Part shown: positions 14,798 through 28,185 of the stretch, piece by piece
Numbering within the stretch: position 1 is the first letter of the stretch
How the letters are laid out: every line of letters begins with the position of its first letter
From: Eledone cirrhosa
Taxonomy: Eukaryota
Assembly: GCA_964016885.1 (NCBI GenBank)
Contig: OZ024745.1
Location: forward strand, 53,506,001-53,570,000
Length of the DNA stretch: 64,000 nucleotides
Direction: 5' to 3'
Notes under the pieces: generated by a model
Databases searched by the model: none
The model's input: only the letters and a program-made list of their open reading frames with translations
What the model was told of the DNA's origin: nothing
Translations under genes and position numbers: made by a program

Positions 14798-16093
14798 GTT
14801 GTACTACGATCTTATTTTTATTTGTCCAGAGCGGTGAATTAGCGAATTTTTAAAACATTCTGAGTATAAATTACTTTGTGACCTACATGGCTTGTAAACA
14901 TGGCTGTTGTCTGGGTGGTTTTAGCAAGGTTTGCGTTGTTGCAAGCATTCCAGCCTGGTTTTTAGTTAGAAGATAACTTCCTCCCTCTCTCCCAGCATAT
15001 CTTTATCAAAGGCATACCAACAGTGACCATATCGCCTTTTCTTCTTTAAGCAGATACCTCATTGCTCAACGTGTTCTTTTCGATGCCGGTGGGGTATCAT
15101 TTGAGATAGATTTGGTGGTTGCTATTTCTAGCAAGTCACATGACAATGAACAGTATACGCTTTCAACTACTGTATGCCACGTGTAGTACGATGCTGTTTT
15201 GCTGCATTTTTTTTTTTTTTTTTTTTTCTACTTAAGGAGACTCGGAGATTGCCAGGATATTTAGAAAATCTGTGTAGTTTTTATACCCCACAGCACTGCA
15301 TGTGTACTCTTTCGGGTGAAAAGACCGCAAATGAATTCACGAACTAAGAGAATTATCTTATTTGAGACAATACATCAGTTTTCATTTTGAGGGAAATTTC
15401 ACTGCAATTTCTAGCAGCTAAAGTGACCCTGTAGGGGCTCATTTCTCTACACAGATTTTGGTGTTGATTTAAATGGTTGCCACTTCGCTTCGAAATGTGC
15501 GACCTTGTGTCAATCTAATAAACCCTTCTTTTAAAATTAACAACCGACAGAACCCTAATACAGATTATTTCTAAGTCAATCATACTTTATTGTTGACAAT
15601 AGAGTATATCAGAGTTTCTCAATACTTGTTCTATTTCCATGCGCAATAGAGAAAGATATATTAAAATAAATAGACTCCAGTAGTTTACTAATACTTATCT
15701 TATCTACACCAGAAGATGAATGTTAACCTTGACCAGATTTGAACTTAAGATATAAAAACAGCATTACTAAATATCATAAGCAATATGTACGGCATTCTAT
15801 TGATTCTGATGCATACCACACATTTCTTGTGTTATTGCTAGTAAAAAGAAATTTAAATATTTTGGGTTATTGATGTTATGTTTTTACTTTATATAGCTGT
15901 ACTGCTGTGTTAGTGTATATTAGAGTGTTAATTCTTAAAAGCATAAATCATACTAGGAAATATGATTTTATATGTTTTGACATTCACATAAATTCTTTTA
16001 TTGTTTTTGTTTTATTTTATTTTTCTTTACTCGGTAATATTCATCACCTGTCAACGTAAGCACTGTTTTGTTGTGTATTATAAAGTATATTAG

Positions 16094-16255
16094 AGGCGGC
16101 AAATTGGCAGAACCATTAGAACGACATATAGAATGTTTTATGGTATAAGTCCCTGCTCTCTACACTCTAAGTTCAAATCTCGCCACCGTCAACTTTGCCT
16201 TTCATCCTTTATAGGTCGATACAAAAAAATACCAGTCCAGTACTGGAGTTGATTC
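16094..16255 (+). mobile_element. SINE, diverged relative of family A
   Basis: aagttcaaatctcgcc..aactttgcctttcatccttt..ggtcgata..aataccagt core. Confidence 0.7.
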
Positions 16256-18043
16256 TGCTTTTGTACCTCTTTCTTAGTTCGTTTTTCTATCACTCTCTTT
16301 CTTTCTCCCCTTTTTCTCTGAATGAAACCGGCTGTATTCAGCCATGGGCTCCACTTACTTTAGAATGTCCAATTTACATTATGGTGGCGCCCCTACAACT
16401 CCATTGTGAGTTACGCATCGAAACCTACATAAAGTATATTGTTCATATTGTTTGGATGTATCGAATGTATCTGGAATTGTGATGCTTAATTCTTTTGAAA
16501 ACCTGCAACAGATTTGTGATCGTCTTTGAGCAACGATTCCAAACCAAATTTTATAGCAGTATAATTCTGAAAGGCTTCAAAAACATCTTCAGAATATTTT
16601 ATTAAATCTATGAAATATAAAATGTTCATGAATAGTACACATTTATATTTCCTCAAGAAAACTATCAAATGCTAATCCTATTAAATTTCTAAGAATTAAT
16701 TTATTTTTATTTAAATATTGTGGAGAAATAGATATTTGCCAGCATGGGCTGCGATGGTTAAAAGTTAGTGGCTGCTGAGTTAGAATAGAATTACAGTGAA
16801 CCCACTTTGTAAACAAGTTTCGATTCCCTCTTCTATCAACAATTTTACTTAACTTACAATATTGATTTTGATTTATTTCCTTCCATATAAATTGTTTAAC
16901 CGGTTAAACTGACAGCACTTATTTATCGACTTTATTTTAACGACCTCCAAAGAGTGAGAAACAAAGTTCATATCGAAGGAATCAGAATTCAGAGCATAAA
17001 AGATCATAAATAAATATCAGTGTATTTTAGCCTTAAATTAGACATGAAGACATGATTATCCAGAAGTTCTCATTTCTCATTTCTCTTTCAACTGAAATAC
17101 AAAGACAAATGCTTAATGTTCATGCACACCATGGGAATCGTTAGGAAAACATACTAGATAATACTCCTTGAATGCGCCACCATGACAACGTTATTCTCAT
17201 CTATCTTCAATAACGGATATCATATCATATCATTAAGAATACGGAGATGTCGGTCCGATTGAGAGAACAAAGAAACGCTATTTGTGCCATCACATGGTTT
17301 CCTGTTTGTACGGTATCCTGTTGCAGAAGGTAAAGTGTTCCTTTTTAAAGGAACAGCTATTATTTTAGAAGTAGCGTAGGATGTCACATATGTAATTCAG
17401 TGAGTTAAAACACCTTTGATCCACTGAGATTATTTAAGCAATTGGCTTGACAGAACACCTTCTAGGGGTGTTTAGAACTAAAAAGCAACAACCATGGGGA
17501 TCGGTCTGATATGATCAGTTCGTGGGGTGGATTTGGTCTCTAAAGCCAGTCGGAGAATACAACAATTGTTGGATCATCTCAATTAGTCGAATTTTTTTCA
17601 GAGGGCGTGTGAGTGAAAGAGAGATAAACAGAAGTGGGAAAAGTGAAAGAATGAAATAGAAAGAGAGCTTCTTGGACTTTTTTGGTAAGTGTCAGCATAT
17701 AAATATATAAAAAACTGAGAGTGCTTCAACATGGTCCCTCGACAAAGTAGAAGTAGCAGCAACCATATCTCCTCAAATCATTGTCAGCTGTATTAAATAT
17801 AGATACACAAAAAGATATGATGATAGCAGCTTGAAGCCATTGATTATAAGTTTTCTCGAATAGAGCTTACTCGTGGCTATATGACAACAAAAATGACGTC
17901 AACGACGACAAGTACAGTTTCCAAAAGCAAAAGATTATTTGTGCTGTGCAGTATAACTTTGGACAACGTGATTTAGTCAACGTGATACAATATATGTGTT
18001 TATATATATATATATATATATAAATATACACATATATACATAT

Positions 18044-18172
<129 letters not shown>

Positions 18173-18813
18173 GCGTGTGTGTTTTAAATCTGAATCTGTT
18201 AATGATGCTTGCAACATGATTTGAATATCTAAACCAATAATATGAATAGCCTTGGAAGAAGAAGATTTCATGAAGCATGCACAATTAATTCAACCGTTTT
18301 ATTACTTATATAAGCTACAGCTAACGCAATAGCTGCGCTGTCAATCATATTCATTATGGTTAATGCGGCTTCTTTTCCGCCACTAGATTTCAAACATGAG
18401 AAGACTTCACATATTCACAAATGAAAAACAATTGAAAGAAAGGTTGGTGAAAAGAACGAAAGGTGATAAAGGCAATTCTCCATCTAAAAGTGCCTAGCGA
18501 CTTGTCCATAAAGTTCAAAATCTGTAAATGAAGAAAGTTACACGTATGATGCAATAATATTAAAACAAGTCGTAAATATATATAACTAATCTCTATATCT
18601 ATAAAGTTATGAACAACAAACTCTGGCCTTTATTCCGTTCGAGTAGATAGGAAAATTAGTAAAAGTGACCTAACGCCATTGTGTCTGCGGGTGTGTGTGT
18701 ATGTGTGGTCGTATGTGTGCGTGACTACATGTGTGTGTGTGTGTATGACTTTGTGTTTATGTATATATGTGTGGATATGTAATATACTAATCCAATATAT
18801 ATATATATATTAT

Positions 18814-18900
<87 letters not shown>

Positions 18901-20546
18901 ACGTACGTATATATACACTCTATTCTTTTATCTTTATTAAAGGGCGGGGATAGTAAAGCACCGCCCTCAAGTGTTTATTCTATTATATTGACCCCAGTAA
19001 TTTAATTTTTTAACCTGGTACATAATTCATCGGTCTTTTATTTATATATTTTTTTTTATTTATTACTTTTTTTGTCAAACTTTTGAGCTCTGCAAACATT
19101 CCGCGAAATGTTTCATGATATGTACTGGGCGTCTGGTGATATAATAGAAGAATTTATTATTTGCTTTTACACCTCTCTTAATAGTGTCCCCTTTTTTCCA
19201 GCACTCCACACTCCTGGCTAAATAACTAGCTTCTTAATTGGCTTACTATTCGAATTCATTCACTCTCTCCAGTCCCAGTATCTCCCTATTTTATTTATTC
19301 TTATTCTCTTCCATACTCCACTAATAAACATTACGTATGTATACATTTATTACGGTGGCTGATTTTCTTTATAATAATTCGTTTCTTGCAGTGTTCTCGT
19401 ATAATGTCGTTGTAATTTTCTTTCAAATCTAGTTTACACTCTGAAACAAAGATTAAGTCAAGCTGAACTTTTATTCTAAAGTTCATATTCTTATTTATTA
19501 ATAATCGTTATGTCAGACTAATAGGTTCAGCATGGACGCACAATGTACTCTGTGACAAAACCATCTATACGCAACACAGCAAACCTTGTATAGAAATTTG
19601 AAGTGCTTCTGTCAAGCTAGTTAGATATATGGGCATCTAGAATTTCGAAGCTAGTAACAGTGATTTAGAAATAACCTTGGAATGAATGATATAATTCAAA
19701 CCATTCAAGAAAAGGCTAAATGACTTAATTATAAACGTATCTTAAATGTTCTAGTGCATAATAAAGGTGGAATTGAGAATTATTCCCCACCTCAAAATTT
19801 CAAAGCTTTTAAGAATAACGACTCTGAACCTAGTCATAAATTAAGTAAGGAATATTTTCGCCGTTTTATTGCGTGAACGGGAACGGTATGCACCTTTAAA
19901 AGTTAATAATAGCAGGGAGACCAACATATCCACGAGTTCTGAAAAACATCATGCACCAATTATCTTTCCAAGAAATCGTGGGTCAACGTGCATATCTTTG
20001 ATGAGTGGCGTTTCTTAAATATCATTCTTTTAGGGCGTAAGGAATATTTCCTTGCACTTCTTACTAATAAGGGGAAAGTGTTAAGAAGTTTGGAACGTTA
20101 TTGATAAGATATGGAGTTAGGGTTAGCCCTCCGCAACACATGTGTCTTAGAACGTGCGTAAGTAACACTTAACACAGTTTAAACATACATACCAACAGCA
20201 CAGATGAAACTTTGGAAAGCTCTCCATAGCTGAAACTGATCAGTACAAAACCAAATCAAATAACCAGGATTAATCTGGAAACACTCCCCATTTTTAAACA
20301 AATGCTCATTTTTAAACAAATTTAATTTACATAAGCTGTTCGTTGTGTATATATAAAAAAACATTAGGTTGATTGGCTGTATCGGTAGAGCATCGGACAA
20401 CATGCTTTGAGGCATAGAGTTACAACACTTTACACACACACACTCAAAAGAAAAAAAGCGTGCTTTCCTCACGTAAATAATTGTCTTTTCGTTTCTTCCT
20501 CGACTTATTCTCATCTATCATTCAATTTCTTTTTCTATCTCTCATT

Positions 20547-20584
20547 GTCTGCTGATGAAGGACAAACGCCCGAAATGTCTAGAC
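20547..20584 (+). ncRNA. Minimal type I hammerhead ribozyme (family C)
   Basis: gtctg-CTGATGA-aggacaaacgccc-GAAA-tg-TC-tagac. Downstream ctatatcaag.gtt.a.ctaat is shared with the 57.1 and 63.1 kb copies. Confidence 0.7.
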
Positions 20585-20789
20585 TACTATATCAAGCGTT
20601 GAACTAATGTATATCAGCATTGAATTGTATTTTTCTCATGTGTTGTTTTGGCTCAATTTCATACAGACATACACATAGAAACAGATATACACACACGCAC
20701 ACACGCATGCACAAAAACACAGACACAGTCACAGACACACACACATACATATATACTCTTTTACGCTTTTACCTGTTCGAGCAGGGAAC

Positions 20790-20865
<76 letters not shown>

Positions 20866-20867
<2 letters not shown>

Positions 20868-22145
20868 TATGAATAAAGAGTTCAAAACTCAGGCAGTCGT
20901 TTACAATGAAATAGCTCAAAGAAAGAAGTATTTCTGAGCCGTGTAATACAAGATAATATAAATTAATATATATGATAAACACAGATACCAACATATCAGT
21001 GTTTGTATTGTAAATGACTAAGTTAGCTAGATTGAAAAATACTAATTATAATAATACAGTTTGCCTGTCTCGATTTAAAATAATAAATCAATAAAAACAA
21101 ACCATATTGGCAAATAGCCGTGGTACTTAGACAAATTTAAATTTCAAAATCAAACCTGTTCCGTAGATAAGTTTAAACTTTAAAATCCAAATATGTTTCG
21201 ATAAATGAAAAAGTGAAAAAGGTGAAAAATACCACAATCAGATCTCCTCAGTAAGTACCCTGAAAAATTGGTATGTTTCACTTCAAAATATTTAAAAAGA
21301 CTGATTAACGCACATGGTTTTTCAGTTTCTAGCTGCCGCATACTCGTGCTGCTAGAAATAACAGCCGTTAATATGGAGCTAAAGTTAGCTCAACATAAGG
21401 AGCAGTGATACTATGAATAAAGAGTTCAAAACTCAGGCAGTCGTTTACAATGAAATAGCTCAAAGAAAGAAGTATTTTAAATCGAGACAGGCAAACTGTA
21501 TTATTATAATTAGTATTTTTCAATCTAACTTAGTCATTTACAATACAAACACTGATATGTTGGTATCTGTGTTTATCATATATATTAATTTATATTATCT
21601 TGTATTACACGGCTCAGAAATACTTCTTTCTTTGAGCTATTTCATTGTAAACGACTGCCTGAGTTTTGAACTTTTTATTCATAGTATCACTGCGCCTTAT
21701 GTTGAGCTAACTTTAGCCCCATATAAACGGCTGTTATTTCTAGAAGCACGAGTATGCGGCAGCTAGAAACTGAAAAACCATGTGCGTTAATCAGTCTTTT
21801 TAAATATTTTGAAGTGAAACATACCAATTTTTCAGGGTACTTACTGAGGAGATCTGATTGTGGTATTTTTCACCTTTTTCACTTTTTCATTTATCGAAAC
21901 ATATTTGGATTTTAAAGTTTAAACTTATCTACGGAACAGGTTTGATTTTGAAATTTAAATTTGTCTAAGTACCACGGCTATTTGCCAATATGGTTTGTTT
22001 TTATTGATTTATTATTTTAAATCGAGACAGGCAAACTGTATTATTATAATTAGTATTTTTTCAATCTAGCTAACTTAGTCATTTACAATACAAACACTGA
22101 TATGTTGGTATCTGTGTTTATCATATATATTAATTTATATTATCT

Positions 22146-22150
<5 letters not shown>
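20866..22150. repeat. ~544-bp non-coding unit present as 1.1 direct copies followed by ~1.2 inverted copies, between (TA)n tracts
   Basis: ctatgaataaagagttc occurs at 20867 and 21411. 21477-22150 is the reverse complement of a circular permutation of the same unit. Confidence 0.9.
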
Positions 22151-22212
<62 letters not shown>

Positions 22213-22214
<2 letters not shown>

Positions 22215-23697
22215 CCTCTCTTATATTAATTATGCCTGCAACCACCCTAAGCAGACTCTCAACTCCATAGTCTATAGTATCTCACATAGAATCTCGAGAC
22301 TATCCGCCAATGAGTATATCTTCAACCAAGCGGCTGATTACTACAATAGAGCCTTGGTAAGCGCCGGCTTTAACCGAGGAATTTCCTACATCCCTAACGC
22401 TAGCTCTAGAAACCACCCCCCTTATAAAACGAACGTTATAGTAAGCCATACCTATAACCGATCACGCGGCGACCTCGTTGAAGTCGAATATAATAGAATA
22501 GGTAACCGCACTAAAGGTCACGACCCCGGCGACGGTGACCACTGTAGATTACTCGAACTATTCCCCTATTACAAAACCAACAAAGGCGACGGCCTACTAC
22601 CAACGCCTTCCAACCAACATCTTCCTGTACATAAACATGGAAGAGGTAGGAAGAGTGCACCCGAGCATATAGTGAAAGGGGCACCGAACGGGCGACTGCG
22701 CACTAACACACATAAGAGCGGTTACCTAGATGGAACCACCCGTAGCAAACGTACAAGGACACGTAATCGCGACCGTAACGTCCTATGGTCCCCCCCCCCC
22801 TACTCTCGGAGTGTGGCCTTCAACATACCCCGGATGTTCTTCGAAGCCTTAGAGGATAACTTCCCGCCCAACCATAGGTATAGAAAAATTCTTAATAGGA
22901 ACAATATAAAAATATCCTTCTCTACTACTCCTAGCCTAGCAGACATCATAGGAACAACGAACCACAGTAAGATCACCAAGACACAGCACCTCGACTCAGA
23001 CGCACCTACACCTGACAATAACTATATCGGCCTTAACAACTCCCTGGCAGCATCCAATAGTGTTGGCAACGGTATCCGCAGACGCAACCAGCATAACCGC
23101 GAAATGACTGGCGAACATGCAGGACATGACGTGCGGAATAACAATCGCACCACCCCGCGTGCTGTGGGTTGTAATGGTCCTAACGACAGCTGCGGTAGCG
23201 TGGGTAACAACGTAGGCAGCAACAATGATAGCCTTACCGCGGGAAATAGACGGAACCGCGACAGAAATTGCAACTGCCGCGACAGAGGACGCTGCCCCCT
23301 TAGAGGATACTGCTTGACTGATAGGGTTATATATAGATGCACTATAACTAACCACAATAGCGTTAAACATTATATAGGGGCTACCTCCAGCCCGTTCAAA
23401 ATTAGGTTTCGAACACATCTCCACTCTTTCACAAATAAAAAACTAAGACACTCCACTTCGCTCGCGGACTACATCACATCACTAAAGGACTTAAACATCA
23501 GCTTCTCCACGCACTGGGATATTGTCGGCAGGGCTGCACCGTACAACTTCAAGAGGAAATGCGATCTTTGCCTCATGGAACTCTACCACATCATAACTGC
23601 ACCCCATGAGCTCATCAACAGCAGAGCTGAAACAGCGATAAGTTGAACACATCGCTTAAAAATATCCTTCTTCAGATGGGTTAAGGATGAGGAGTGA
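22213..23697 (+). CDS. PLE polyprotein C-terminal part; in-frame TGA at 23644-23646, probable natural stop at 23695-23697
   Basis: ORF-track 22354-23646 extends upstream without a stop. Read-through of the TGA gives ...ETAIS*THRLKISFFRWVKDEE*. Confidence 0.75.
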
Positions 23698-24066
23698 AAC
23701 CGTGCACCGGATTTCCCTGCAACAAGTCTTAACACCCCGGCGGGCAGGCGCTGCAAAAGAACACCCAGGAAACTATCCTTGCATACCAGACCCAGCCTCA
23801 AACGACTCAGACAAACAGATGCAGCAAAAAAAAACTCTCAAATTAAGCGTTGATTACATGCGTATCGACAATGGTAAGGTTGTAACCTCATCTCGTAGCG
23901 GATAAAAAAATTTGTCCGGGAAAGACTGCCCTAACACCGGCCAGAGTTACCTCCCTTGACCTGCTGCAAAATCAAAACAGGCTATTTTTGCGAGCAATGA
24001 ACCTTGATGTGGATTTAACCCCAAAAACTCTTTCCGAGCAATGTAAGGAACACTTTTGATTATTTA

Positions 24067-24106
24067 TGCCTTTGAGAAGCCCAACTGGGCGAAACGTACG
24101 TAGGTG
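24067..24106 (+). ncRNA. Hammerhead-like motif with a non-canonical core
   Basis: tgcc-t-TTGAGAA-gccc/aact/gggc-GAAA-cgtacg(palindrome)-TA-ggtg, in the PLE 3' region. Confidence 0.55.
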
Positions 24107-25368
24107 CTGTTTTAAATAAACATGTTTTAACGGTCTATTCTCCGATTTCTTACTTTCCCACGTGCTTACGCTCTGCTAATTCTCTAGCCCACTAAATATT
24201 AACACTTCGAATATTTAATACTGCCGGCACTAGTATCGAGCACCTTTGGCATACGCTACTTGGCAAATAACTATATGTATCACCTATCATCCCCGTTCTT
24301 TTCTCTCTCTCGATACGTAAATACTGTATATATATATATATATGTGTGTGTCTGTGTGTATATATATATATGTGTATATATATATCAAGTAAGTATGTTT
24401 TGAAACAGTGAGCAGGTTTGAAATTAGAAAATAGAATAGCTTTCACCGTATTCTTGCATAAAGGAATTTTAGCCTGATAATGGGGTTTAGAACCCTCAGA
24501 TAAATTGAAAAAGATGAGTATTGACGTACAAGGAAAGTTTACACTGTTGAATATTTTCCTAAATGTAAACTTTAACGAAGATAATCAATGTCAACATATT
24601 CGTTATGTAAAGCTTATGAAGTACTTATTGTTAGAAATATTTAAATAACGATTATGTATATAGATATATATTAATGAGCCAGTATATTTTAGGTAAATGA
24701 TAACGAAAATAAAAATAAAATAATAAATTGAGGCATGCTAAAGTTAAATATATACCTATATATAACAGAGTGTAAATGCATTAATTATTCATAGTTCAAA
24801 ATAAATAATAATCAAGAAATTTAGAAGTTAACTAAAAATTATGGATAGAAAGATACAGGGAGGTATATGGATATATATTAGGTGTTAGTGATATAGTATA
24901 CTTTAGGTAAATGATAACGGTTATAATTTTATATAATAAAGTTCGACGTATTACAGTTAAATACATATATATATATAAGAAAAACAATAATAAATGCATG
25001 GATAATTCAGAGTTCAAAATAAGGTCTATATTAATTTATAGTTTGCATATTTGCTCTCTATTTGAATCATGGATATAAAAATGCTCTAGGTATATTTAAA
25101 AACATAGAAAATATAATTACATACATATTATAAATAAGAGATCAAAAACGCATGAAAGATTCACAGTTAGAAATAAGTTCCGTTAAAATGTATGGGTTGG
25201 ATATTAAACTAAAATTTAAAACTTAGATAGGAAGATAAAGATAGAGAAATAAAGAAATAATGGTATGGATCAAAGTTAATAATATTATGTTATGTATATC
25301 AATGTTCCGGCGTGTTATTGAACAAGTGTCTTTCATTCGAACGTTATTTCTTCTATACATAGTTATAA

Positions 25369-25474
25369 GATAATTGTTTCTACATTTGGCACAAGGCCAG
25401 CAAGTACTCCAGTGTTTTACTGGTACTTTATTTTATCGACCCCGTAAGGATGAAAGGCAAAGTTAACCTCGGCA
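25369..25474 (-). mobile_element. SINE family A 3' fragment
   Basis: Reverse complement of the family core; supplies the spurious tail AEVNFAFHPYGVDKIKYQ of ORF 25417-25965. Confidence 0.85.
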
Positions 25475-25489
25475 ATATTAAAGGCCATT

Positions 25490-26050
25490 AATGTTTTTCC
25501 CTGTTGATTATATACGTCTGACAACCAAGTGTTTAATGGTTTAGTGTTTCTCTCTCTTTTTTTTCTAGTTTTGTGGGAGGCTAAGAATGTGGACGTAGCT
25601 TTATGAAGGCAACTAGAGAATAATTCACTTTTTTTGTTAATTAGGGTCTCATAGTTATTAATAATCAACAGGGTCTCCATTGTACAGAGCGCGCAGTTAT
25701 TTGATATACTAGAGTTGCGGTAAACTAAGCAGTTTCGAAGTTTTGTCCAAAGAATGGAGTATTTTAAATTCCTCTCTTTTAATGACCATATGAGCTGTGA
25801 TAAAGAAGTGGATGATTTCCTCTTGGAGTTCGAGAATGAGCATTTATGGTTCGCAAATCTGGCTTTAAATGTAGAAGAAGTCGACCCTATGTAGTTGTAT
25901 GTGTTGTGATCAGTTTTTACGGTGCATTTATAAACCAAATTACTATCTAGACAATTATTTTGCAAAGGGCAATCAGTTTTATTTCTACAATTACATTTTG
26001 GTTTAGTATCATTTATGTTAACTCTATTATTAAGATCATTATGCTGGTTT
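25490..26050 (-). mobile_element. Penelope-like element GIY-YIG fragment, same lineage as 22.2 kb
   Basis: KCNCRNKTDCPLQNNCL..NLVYKC...YIGST...FKARFANH..SF...TSLS..IWSLK...CALC..E...LINKKSELFSSCLH. The AT-rich 3' region may extend to ~24380. Confidence 0.9.
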
Positions 26051-26105
26051 TGTTTTAGGAATTTAGTGTTTAATTTGACAATGCTGTATTACTACACTTC
26101 CTTCG

Positions 26106-26181
<76 letters not shown>

Positions 26182-26220
26182 CTGGGAATATTACACAAAT
26201 ATGACCCTCCCCAAGTATAA

Positions 26221-26283
<63 letters not shown>

Positions 26284-26678
26284 TATGTATACGTACATAT
26301 ATATATGTATACAGACGTACAGTAGTATGTATATATATACATACATGCACACATATATATATGTACGTATAGATTTACCGAGCATTTATTATAGTGCTCG
26401 GTTTGTTTGTAAACAAACATCCCGAATTAAGCCATACAGTGTTTAGCAACCATCGTTGCTCTTTTGTTCAACACTGACAAAGGAACGATGTACTAGTGAG
26501 AAATGAAATGAAATTCGTTTCATTTTTTTCCATATATATATATATATATATATCCATTTCTCCGAGGGTTCTTAACCCCACTATCAGGCTAAACAATTTC
26601 TTTAACTTCTTTAGTCAAAATACGGCGATAACTTACATTTCTAATAATTTCAAACCCACTCGCTGTTTCGAAAACATT

Positions 26679-26755
<77 letters not shown>

Positions 26756-26823
26756 CGTAAAATAAGAAAATATCTTTTAAAAAGATTTTTTTAAAAATTT
26801 TTTACTTACTTACTTAAATTTTC

Positions 26824-26905
26824 ACTCCAACTAATTAGTTTCTGCAATGGGATAAAGACAGTTACGTAATCCAACTGTCGAGAATTCATTGCGTCATCAG
26901 GGAGT
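26824..26905 (-). ncRNA. Type I hammerhead ribozyme, array copy
   Basis: Minus strand: actcc-CTGATGA-c-gcaatg..gacagtt..aactgtc..cattgc-a-GAAA-ctaattag(palindrome)-TT-ggagt. Confidence 0.88.
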
Positions 26906-27385
26906 CTAGTCTCAGTTAAGTCTCCAGGCAATGCGCGGACACTGGCGGCTCATATAAAAATAATAATAATTCGGTAGATCGAACAGCTGGCGAGGACTGG
27001 ATTCTATGTACCGAAATTCTCACTGCTTCAGGTCAAATGGCCGATTCTAAAGAATCAATCACGTGACACAGAGGCTAGTTAGAAGGAATGGGATGGTAAG
27101 ATGACTGACGCCTACTAACACCCCAAAAAAAAAATTTTTTTAGAAGTGGTTTTGGCAAGTTTGCTCGACAAATCAGTGATTTGGAGATAAATATAGATAA
27201 TTTAATATATCAACTGACATAAGCGCACAGATGCACGCCCATGCTAGCAAATACACAGGTTATGTCATAGTACCTAGGTGGTTCAATGCAGGAGAATGCA
27301 GAACAATAATATAAAAGACGTAAAATAAGAAAATATCTTTTAAAAAATTTTTTTTTAAATGTTTTACTTACTTACTTAAATTTTC

Positions 27386-27467
27386 ACTCCAACTAATTAG
27401 TTTCTGCAATGGGATAAAGACAGTTACGTAATCCAACTGTCGAGAATTCATTGCGTCATCAGGGAGT
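27386..27467 (-). ncRNA. Type I hammerhead ribozyme, array copy
   Basis: Same sequence as 26824-26905. Confidence 0.88.
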
Positions 27468-27946
27468 CTATTCTCAGTTAAGTCTCCAGGCAATGCGCGG
27501 ACACTGGCGGCTCATATAAAAATAATAATAATTCGGTAGATCGAACAGCTGGCGAGGACTGGATTCTATGTACCGAAATTCTCACTGCTTCAGGTCAAAT
27601 GGCCGATTCTAAAGAATCAATCACGTGACACAGAGGCTAGTTAGAAGGAATGGGATGGTAAGATGACTGACGCCTACTAACACCCCAAAAAAAAATTTTT
27701 TTAGAAGTGGTTTTGGCAAGTTTGCTCGACAAATCAGTGATTTGGAGATAAATATAGATAATTTAATATATCAACTAACATAAGCGCACAGATGCACGCC
27801 CATGCTAGCAAATACACAGGTTATGTCATAGTACCTAGGTGGTTCAATGCAGGAGAATGCAGAACAATAATATAAAAGACGTAAAATAAGAAAATATCTT
27901 TTAAAAAAATTTTTTTTAAATTTTTTACTTACTTACTTAAATTTTC

Positions 27947-28122
<176 letters not shown>

Positions 28123-28137
28123 CATATATATATATAC

Positions 28138-28185
<48 letters not shown>

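Larger units (their letters stand above)
22211..24325 (+). mobile_element. 5'-truncated Penelope-like element, second lineage (RT thumb, linker, GIY-YIG, 3' region)
   Basis: Frame open from the (TA)n junction: YINYACNHP...ISHRISRLSANEYIFNQAADYYNRAL..., WSPPPYS...FP..H...KILNRNNIKISFS, CNC....CPLRGYCL...IYRC...YIG...FKIRF..H..SF...CDLCL.E. The right boundary at (TA)n is approximate. Confidence 0.9.

Noticed and set aside
16350-16668. Possible host exons on the minus strand (ttttatatttcatag acceptor, DLIKYSEDVFEAF..., downstream gtaagt donor)
   Set aside because: The first donor is weak, the putative second exon has stops in all three frames, and there is no recognisable domain.
21840-21925. 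CTGAGGA...GAAA as a hammerhead
   Set aside because: No convincing stem III/UH or stem I partner, so not listed as a feature.
23990-24060. Candidate SECIS (AUGA...AAAAA...GA) downstream of the UGA codon
   Set aside because: I could not place the GA quartet and helix II in register by eye; needs SECISearch.
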